A stretch of 64,000 bases of DNA from Candidatus Eiseniibacteriota bacterium (GTDB lineage Bacteria > Eisenbacteria > RBG-16-71-46), in the NCBI GenBank assembly GCA_038231135.1, contig JBBRLX010000005.1:96001-160000 (forward strand). Reading direction: 5' to 3'. The translations under genes and the position numbers were made by a program. The notes under the pieces were generated by a model that ran no database searches, was not told where the DNA came from, and saw only the letters and a program-made list of their open reading frames with translations. This document shows positions 56,633 to 64,000 of the stretch, one piece after another; the first letter of the stretch is position 1; every line of letters starts with the position of its first letter.

Positions 56633-58438
56633 ATGACGACCCATACGAAGCTCGCCGCCTGGGTGACCGAGACGGCGGCCATGTGCCAGCCCGATACCGT
56701 CGTGTGGTGCGACGGCACGCCCCGGGAATACCAGACGATGCTCCGCCTGATGGTGCAGGCCGGGACCGCCACCTGGCTCGACCACGGCCAGCGGCCAAAC
56801 AGCGTGTTCGTGCGGTCGGACCCCGCCGACGTGGCGCGGGTCGAGGAGTTCACGTTCATCTGCTCCCGTACCGCCGAGGAGGCGGGCCCGACGAACCACT
56901 GGCGGGATCCCGCCGAGACCAAGCAGCTGCTGACCGGCCTGTTCACGGGGGCGATGCGCGGCCGGACGATGTACGTGATCCCCTACAGCATGGGTCCGGT
57001 CGGGTCGCCGATCGCCAGGATCGGCGTCGAGCTCACCGATTCCCCGTACGTGGTCGCGAACATGCACATCATGGCGCGCGTGGGCACCCGGGTGCTGGAC
57101 GTGCTGGGCCAGGACGGCGAGTTCGTGCGCGGCCTGCATTCGGTGGGTGCACCGCTGGCCGACACGGCACCCGATTCGCCGTGGCCATGCAACGCGCAGA
57201 CCAAGTACATCTGCCACTTTCCCGACACCCGCGAGATCATGTCCTACGGCTCGGGCTACGGCGGCAACGCGCTGCTCGGCAAGAAGTGCCATGCGCTGCG
57301 CATCGCGTCGGTGCAGGCGCGCGACGAGGGCTGGCTGGCCGAGCACATGCTGATCCTCGGCATCACGAATCCCCAGGGCCGCAAGATCTTCGTCGCGGCG
57401 GCGTTCCCGTCGGCGTGCGGCAAGACCAACCTGGCGATGATGAATCCGACGCTGCCGGGCTGGAAGGTGGAGACGGTCGGCGACGACATCGCGTGGATGA
57501 AGTTCGGCGCCGACGGCCGGCTGTACGCGATCAATCCCGAGCACGGATTCTTCGGCGTGGCGCCCGGCACCAGCATGAAAAGCAATCCCAACGCCATGCT
57601 CACGGCGAACCGCAACTCGATCTTCACCAACTGCGCGATCACGCCCGACGGCGACGTGTGGTGGGAGGACATGACCGACACCGCGCCGCCCGAGCTGATG
57701 GACTGGCTGCGGCGGCCGTGGCGGCCGGGCGTGGGCCGCAAGGCCGCACATCCCAACGCCCGGTTCACGGCGCCCGCGAGCCAGTGCCCCGTGATCTCGC
57801 CCGACTGGGAGAATCCGGCGGGCGTGCCGATCGCCGCGATCCTGTTCGGCGGCCGCCGCGCCAGCGTGGTGCCGCTCGTCAACGAGGCGCTGTCGTGGCA
57901 GCACGGCACGTTCATGGGATCGATCATGAGCAGCGAGACCACCGCCGCCGCGGCGGGCGCGGTGGGGGCTGTGCGACTCGACCCGTTCGCGATGCTGCCG
58001 TTCTGCGGCTATCACATGGGCGAGTACTTCGCCCACTGGCTCGCGATCGGCGGCAAGGCCGACGCGGCGAAGCTGCCGAGGTTCTTCAACGTGAACTGGT
58101 TCCGCAAGGGCCCGGACGGCAAATTCCTGTGGCCCGGCTACGGCGAGAACAGCCGCGTGCTGCAGTGGGTGTTCGATCGCGTCACCGGCACCGCCGCCGC
58201 GATCGACACGCCGATCGGCCGGCTGCCGGCGCCGGGCGCGATCGACGTGCGCGGGCTCGACGTGAAGGACGCGGCGATGACCGAGCTGCTGCGCGTCGAC
58301 GTCGACGGCTGGCTGGGCGAGTTGCCGCTCATGAAGCAGCATTACCAGCGCTTCGGCGCCAAACTGCCGCAGGGACTGAAGGACGAACTCGCGGCGCTCG
58401 AGCAGCGGCTGCAGTCGGCATCCGTCGGCTCGCGCTGA
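56633..58438 (+). CDS. pckG: Phosphoenolpyruvate carboxykinase (GTP)
   Basis: [45 protein letters not shown] and DPFAMLPF motifs. Confidence 0.97.
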   Translation: MTTHTKLAAWVTETAAMCQPDTVVWCDGTPREYQTMLRLMVQAGTATWLDHGQRPNSVFVRSDPADVARVEEFTFICSRTAEEAGPTNHWRDPAETKQLLTGLFTGAMRGRTMYVIPYSMGPVGSPIARIGVELTDSPYVVANMHIMARVGTRVLDVLGQDGEFVRGLHSVGAPLADTAPDSPWPCNAQTKYICHFPDTREIMSYGSGYGGNALLGKKCHALRIASVQARDEGWLAEHMLILGITNPQGRKIFVAAAFPSACGKTNLAMMNPTLPGWKVETVGDDIAWMKFGADGRLYAINPEHGFFGVAPGTSMKSNPNAMLTANRNSIFTNCAITPDGDVWWEDMTDTAPPELMDWLRRPWRPGVGRKAAHPNARFTAPASQCPVISPDWENPAGVPIAAILFGGRRASVVPLVNEALSWQHGTFMGSIMSSETTAAAAGAVGAVRLDPFAMLPFCGYHMGEYFAHWLAIGGKADAAKLPRFFNVNWFRKGPDGKFLWPGYGENSRVLQWVFDRVTGTAAAIDTPIGRLPAPGAIDVRGLDVKDAAMTELLRVDVDGWLGELPLMKQHYQRFGAKLPQGLKDELAALEQRLQSASVGSR

Positions 58439-58456
58439 CGGTTCCGCGGGCACCAC

Positions 58457-59737
58457 ATGAGGGTGCTCGCCGTCGCCATGGGCTCCCATGGGGACGTGCT
58501 GCCGATCCTCGCCGTGGGCCGCGCGGTCGTCGCGCGCGGGCACTCGTGCGGGGTCGTCGCCCACCCGTATTTCGTTCCCGAGGTCCACGCCGCGGGGCTC
58601 GAGGCGGTCCCGGTCACGACCGACGTGACCTACGAGTCGATCGTGCGGCAGCGCGACCTGTTCCACCGTTTCCGCGGCCCCACGGTGGTGGGACGCATGA
58701 TCGAGGACGCGATGCCGTCGGTGATCGCGGCGCTGCGCGCGGAGATCGCCCGCCTGAGGCCCGATGTGCTGCTGGTCCATTACATCGTGTTCGGCGCGGC
58801 GTGGGTCGCCACGGTGGAGCGCATTCCGTCCGCGGTCGCGGTGCTGTCGCCCGCCGGCTGGCTGAGCGCTTCGGACCCGGTGCCGCTGATGCTCACCGCC
58901 GAGGGCCGGTGGCCGGCGGCGGCCGCCCGGCTCGGCACGCGCGTGCTGCGGCCGCTGCTGCGGGCGGTCACCGATCCGTGGGTGAACCGCGTGCGTGTGC
59001 AGAACGGGTTCCCACGGTCGCGCGACAACCTGTGGCGGATGTTCCGCGGGGGCGATGTGAACCTCGGGCTGTGGTCCACGGCATTCCGCCCGGCCATGCC
59101 GGACGATCCGCCCCAGAGTGCGATCTGCGGCTTCCCGTGGTGGGATGGTGGAGCGGAGGGCCGCGTCGACCCCGAACTCGAGGCGTTCCTCGCCGCCGGT
59201 GAGCCGCCGCTGGTGTTCACACTCGGCAGCGCGGCCGTGCACCACGCCGGCGACTTCTATCGCACCGCCGCGATCGCGTGCGAGCGTCTGGGGCGGCGCG
59301 GTGTGCTGCTCACCGGCGCCGACTACGCGCCGGCGACGCTGCCCGCCGGCGTGCGAGCATTCGCGTGGGCGCCGCATTCGTGGATCCTGCCGCGCGGCGC
59401 CGCCAGCATTCATCACGGCGGCATCGGTTCCACGGCGCAGGCGCTGCGCGCCGGACGGCCGCAGCTCGTGGTGGCGCTGGCGCACGACCAGTTCAATCAC
59501 GGCATCCGGATCTCGCGGCTCGGCGTGGGCGGCATGCTGCCGCGGCACCAGCTCACGGCCGACCGGCTGACCCGCTCACTCGCCCGGATTCTCGACGATC
59601 CCGGGTGCGCTCGGCGCGCCCGGGAACTGGGAGTCCGGGTGGCCGCCGAGGATGGCGCCGTCGCGGCCGCCATCCGGCTGGAACGCCTTGCGAACATGGC
59701 AGCAAACGCGGTCAGCGATTGCGCCACAGCCACTTAG
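58457..59737 (+). CDS. GT1-like glycosyltransferase (RhlB/sterol GT-like)
   Basis: GSHGDVLP, FTLGS, HHGGIGST and HDQF motifs. Confidence 0.88.
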   Translation: MRVLAVAMGSHGDVLPILAVGRAVVARGHSCGVVAHPYFVPEVHAAGLEAVPVTTDVTYESIVRQRDLFHRFRGPTVVGRMIEDAMPSVIAALRAEIARLRPDVLLVHYIVFGAAWVATVERIPSAVAVLSPAGWLSASDPVPLMLTAEGRWPAAAARLGTRVLRPLLRAVTDPWVNRVRVQNGFPRSRDNLWRMFRGGDVNLGLWSTAFRPAMPDDPPQSAICGFPWWDGGAEGRVDPELEAFLAAGEPPLVFTLGSAAVHHAGDFYRTAAIACERLGRRGVLLTGADYAPATLPAGVRAFAWAPHSWILPRGAASIHHGGIGSTAQALRAGRPQLVVALAHDQFNHGIRISRLGVGGMLPRHQLTADRLTRSLARILDDPGCARRARELGVRVAAEDGAVAAAIRLERLANMAANAVSDCATAT

Positions 59738-59768
59738 CGGGCACCCCAACAGCCCTGCGCAATGCTTC

Positions 59769-59797
59769 TTGTATTTGACCCGACGAGTGCTGATACT
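59769..59797 (+). promoter_or_regulatory. Sigma70-like promoter of the cold-shock gene
   Basis: TTGTAT-17 bp-GATACT in an AT-rich patch, giving a leader of about 170 nt as is typical of csp genes. Confidence 0.6.
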
Positions 59798-59972
59798 GCC
59801 CGCGTCTTCGGTTCATGTGGATGCGCTGTCTGCGAAGAGAACCGTCCCCAACGGTTCTTGGTGGAAGGGCCGTCACCAAGGAACGAAGCGACCGGTCACA
59901 GTGACCGAACGCGGCCGTCGCGTGTTCAGGCGGTAATGGGGGCCGCTGGCCCCGGAGTTCAAGGAGTCTCAA

Positions 59973-60173
59973 GTGGCTCGTGGTACGGTGAAGTGGTTCA
60001 ACGAGGCGAAGGGCTTTGGCTTTATCTCTCAGGAGAACGGCGAGGACGTATTCGTTCACTTCTCCGCGATTCAGGGCGAAGGGTTCAAGACGCTTGCCGA
60101 GGGTGAAGCTCTCGAGTTCGACGTGACGCGCGGTCCGAAGGGACTGCAGGCGTCCAACGTGCGCAAGGTCTAA
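59973..60173 (+). CDS. cspA: Cold-shock protein
   Basis: [22 protein letters not shown] and GPKG motifs. AAGGAG RBS. Confidence 0.96.
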   Translation: MARGTVKWFNEAKGFGFISQENGEDVFVHFSAIQGEGFKTLAEGEALEFDVTRGPKGLQASNVRKV

Positions 60174-60198
60174 GCGCCCGACGAACCGCATCACATAC

Positions 60199-60228
60199 AC
60201 GGGCGGCGTCCTTCGACGCCGCCCGTTC
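60199..60228 (+). terminator. Hairpin terminator after the csp gene
   Basis: 12-bp stem ACGGGCGGCGTC-cttc-GACGCCGCCCGT with a short U-tract. Confidence 0.6.
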
Positions 60229-60341
60229 GCGTTGGTACGGCGCGTGAAGCACGCCATGCGCCGCGCGATGCGTCGTGCTAGGATTCCGCGCTGCATGCCG
60301 GCCGTGGACGCCGGCGACCGCTCGATCCGGAGGCTCGCCCG

Positions 60342-60488
60342 ATGCTGCTCGACGAAGTCGTTCTGGGACCGCTGCTGCAGAAGGTGTTCACGGTGTACGG
60401 AGTGTTCTGGATCGTCGCGCTTGTCGTGCTGTTCCTGGGCGTGGGCGCGCTGCTCAAGCGCTACGATCAGAGCGGCAAGGGGACCTGA
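60342..60488 (+). CDS. Small single-pass membrane protein (48 aa, not in the ORF track)
   Basis: GGAGG RBS at 60329. Translation MLLDEVVLGPLLQKVFTVYGVFWIVALVVLFLGVGALLKRYDQSGKGT. Strong GC3 bias. Confidence 0.7.
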   Translation: MLLDEVVLGPLLQKVFTVYGVFWIVALVVLFLGVGALLKRYDQSGKGT

Positions 60489-60534
60489 CGGGCGGGGTTC
60501 TCTCAGGCCACGCCCGGAAGCCCGGGCCAGGTCC

Positions 60535-61821
60535 CTAGGACAACGCTGTAGGAATCGCCGCCGTGAGCACTTCCGGCGCTCCGTCCGTGACGTGGACGTT
60601 GTCCTCGATGCGAATCCCACCGAACTCCAGGTGTTCGTCCACCCGCGCCCAGTTCACGGCGTCCTTGAACTCCGCGCGCCGGTCGGGATCGCGCAGCAGC
60701 GGCGGAATGAAGTAGATCCCCGGCTCGACCGTGATCGTATAGCCCGGTTCGAGCGGCAGATCGGTGCGCAGGTTCTTGAGCCCCGGCCGCTCGCTGCGCA
60801 CGCGGCCCGGCAGATAGCCGCCCGCGTCGCGCACGCCGAGTCCCACCAGGTGGCCCAGCCCGTGCGGGAAGAACAGCGCGTGGACGTCGCGGTCGACGAG
60901 ATCCAACGGCTCGCCGCGCAAGAGCCCCAGGTCGACGAGACCCGCCGTCAGCTCGATCGCGGCGCGCAGGTGGACCTCACGCCACTCGGTGCCCGGCGTG
61001 CAACGGGCGACCGCGCGCTGCTCGACGCCGAGCACGACCTGATACAGGTCGCGGAAGAAGCCGCGGTCGCCGCCCGGCGCCTGGTAGGTGCGTGTCACGT
61101 CGCTGGCGTAGCGTTGCACCTGGGCGCCCGCGTCGATCAGCACGGCGTCGCCGGGCTTCACCACTCGCGCGCCCGGCGAGAAATGCAGCACCGCCGAATC
61201 CGGACCTGTGCCCACGATCGTGCCGTATGCGGTGCAGTCACCGCCGGCGCGCAGGAATTCCGCCTCCAGCTCGATCTGGATCGCGCGCTCGGTGACGCCG
61301 GCGGCGATCATGCGCTGCGCCACCCCATAGCCCGCGGCGCTCGCGGCATTCGCGCGGCGCATGCGCCCCAATTCCACGGCGTCCTTGGGCCGCCGCACGT
61401 GCATCATCGTCTCGCGCAGCTCGGCCGCTCGCGCCGATGGCGCCTGGCCCTCGATCGGCGAGCCCAGCACGACCACGTCGCGACCGCGGCGCGCGGCGAG
61501 CCAGTCGGCTAGCTGCGAGCGCGGCGTGCCCGGCGCGTCGCGGCGGCCTTCCCATACGCGCTCGGCCTCGGTCACCTCGGGCACGAAGTCGACCCAGCCG
61601 CTCGCCGGATCGAACGCGACCACCGCACCCGGGCATTCCATGTCGGCGAGCCAGAAGTATTCCGAGTGGGAGATGAATGGATACGTCTGGTCCGCGCCCC
61701 CCGGGATCGGGACGGGCTCGCCGGCGCCGACGAGCACGACGGTGTCATCGAGCGCCCAGGCGGCGGCCACCCGTTCACGCCGGCGCGTGAGCGCGGCGGC
61801 AATTGCGGTCGGTGATTCCAT
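60535..61821 (-). CDS. pepP: Xaa-Pro aminopeptidase (M24B)
   Basis: VLHF, LIDAG, YASDVTRT, PHGLGH..GL.VRD, TVEPGIYF and GIRIEDN motifs. Confidence 0.9.
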   Translation of the reverse strand: MESPTAIAAALTRRRERVAAAWALDDTVVLVGAGEPVPIPGGADQTYPFISHSEYFWLADMECPGAVVAFDPASGWVDFVPEVTEAERVWEGRRDAPGTPRSQLADWLAARRGRDVVVLGSPIEGQAPSARAAELRETMMHVRRPKDAVELGRMRRANAASAAGYGVAQRMIAAGVTERAIQIELEAEFLRAGGDCTAYGTIVGTGPDSAVLHFSPGARVVKPGDAVLIDAGAQVQRYASDVTRTYQAPGGDRGFFRDLYQVVLGVEQRAVARCTPGTEWREVHLRAAIELTAGLVDLGLLRGEPLDLVDRDVHALFFPHGLGHLVGLGVRDAGGYLPGRVRSERPGLKNLRTDLPLEPGYTITVEPGIYFIPPLLRDPDRRAEFKDAVNWARVDEHLEFGGIRIEDNVHVTDGAPEVLTAAIPTALS

Positions 61822-61825
61822 GCGC

Positions 61826-62377
61826 TCAGCTCGCGGTGGCGGATGCCTTGAGCCGTGCCGAGAATTTCTGGCGCAGCTTGGCGAGCTTGGGCGAGATCAT
61901 GACCTGGCAATACGACTGGTTCGAGTTGTTGCGGTAGTAGCCCTGATGATGTTCTTCGGCGGCGTAGAACTCCGTAAACGGCGCCAGCTCCGTGACCACC
62001 GGCCGGCTCCAGGTGCCGGCCGCCGTGAGTTCGGCGATCACCTCGGCCGCGGTGGCCCGCTGCTCGGGCGAATGGAACAGGATCACGGACCGATACTGCG
62101 ATCCAACGTCCGGCCCCTGGCGATCCTGCGTCGTGGGATCGTGGAACGCGAAGAAGATCTCGAGCAGGTCCCGATACGGGATCCGCGCCGGATCGAACGT
62201 GATCTGAATCACCTCCGCATGGCCCGTCCTGCCGCCACACACGTCGTCATAGGACGGATTCTTCTTTGCTCCCCCTGCGAACCCCGACTCCACCCGCTCC
62301 ACGCCCTCGAGCGGCTCGATCACCGCCTCCAGGCACCAGAAACATCCGCCACCCAGGGTGGCCAGTTCGCTGCTCAT
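61826..62377 (-). CDS. msrA: Peptide-methionine (S)-S-oxide reductase
   Basis: GGCFWC, GHAEV, HDPT, DVGSQYRS and AEEHHQ motifs. GGAGG RBS. Confidence 0.96.
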   Translation of the reverse strand: MSSELATLGGGCFWCLEAVIEPLEGVERVESGFAGGAKKNPSYDDVCGGRTGHAEVIQITFDPARIPYRDLLEIFFAFHDPTTQDRQGPDVGSQYRSVILFHSPEQRATAAEVIAELTAAGTWSRPVVTELAPFTEFYAAEEHHQGYYRNNSNQSYCQVMISPKLAKLRQKFSARLKASATAS

Positions 62378-62590
62378 GGATTCCTCCGATCGCGGCCGTT
62401 GATTCCGTAGGAAGATACCGGATTTGGCGCGCGGTGTGACGGGTGCTGAAGGACCGGCGGGGCCGTGGCTGGTCGGTGGGGTGCGGCTGGGCCGGCCGCT
62501 CGTAACCGGGGGCAGGTAGCCATTCCCACCGCCGAAACGAACGGCCGGGCAGGGCGCCCGGCCGTCCAAAGACTCCCCTTCGGGGGTCAT

Positions 62591-62680
62591 CTACATCAGC
62601 AGCGTCCCCGTACGGAGCAGGTAAGCGAGCCGCGAGCGTTGCTCCGGCTGGAGCAGCGCGTGGATGCGTTCGAGCGCGCC
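62591..62680 (-). pseudogene. Possible 3' remnant of a Spy/CpxP-like helical protein gene
   Basis: Only the last ~29 codons (ALERIHALLQPEQRSRLAYLLRTGTLLM) look protein-like (LxPEQR). The upstream in-frame sequence does not. Confidence 0.35.
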
Positions 62681-62894
62681 GCTGGAACATTGCCGCACAT
62701 ATCTCGAGATCATGGATGGCGTAGCTGCCAATATCTGGAGCGGGCCGCCCAAAGTGGTCGTCGCATTTCCGAAGAGGCTCGATGACGACGTGCGCGAGCG
62801 GATGACGAGATGATCGTAGCATCGCGATCGGAGTCCAAGCGCATTCCGGTAAGGAAGCATCGACAACGCAGTCGATGTTGCGGCAAGAACCCGC

Positions 62895-64000
<1,106 letters not shown>

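Overview
Very GC-rich (roughly 70% by eye) bacterial DNA from a diderm organism. The FlgD/T9SS-like C-terminal domains and TSP3-OmpA suggest an FCB-related lineage such as Ca. Eisenbacteria (inference only). Positions 1-40 kb form a surface-glycan and secreted-protein island with four parts. (1) Polysaccharide genes: a CapD/PglF-like dehydratase, a Wzy/O-antigen-ligase-like protein, a GT4 and a Wzx flippase, followed directly by a divergent RtcB-fold enzyme with altered metal ligands and a CDP-alcohol phosphotransferase-like protein. (2) Three giant secreted beta-helix proteins with Ig/PKD/CBM modules and a shared C-terminal sorting-like domain. (3) A frameshifted P-loop kinase and three secreted proteins that end in an orphan FN3-type 'DTIPPxAIxDL' strand or a weaker variant of it. 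(4) A convergent cluster resembling a C7-cyclitol (carbasugar) pathway: SDR fused to a sugar-phosphate cyclase, ROK kinase, nucleotidyltransferase, GH4, GT4-cupin and a methyltransferase. Positions 40-64 kb are mostly ordinary genes: S9 peptidase, OmpA, malQ, histidine kinases, REC-GGDEF-EAL, POT and OPT transporters, GTP-PEPCK, GT1, cspA, pepP, msrA and an Old Yellow Enzyme. The best candidates for undescribed biology are the Wzx/RtcB-like/CDP-AP module, the cyclitol cluster beside it, and a possible donor-strand FN3 assembly system. No rRNA, tRNA, CRISPR array or mobile element was recognised. All family calls rest on motifs read by eye; no searches were run.
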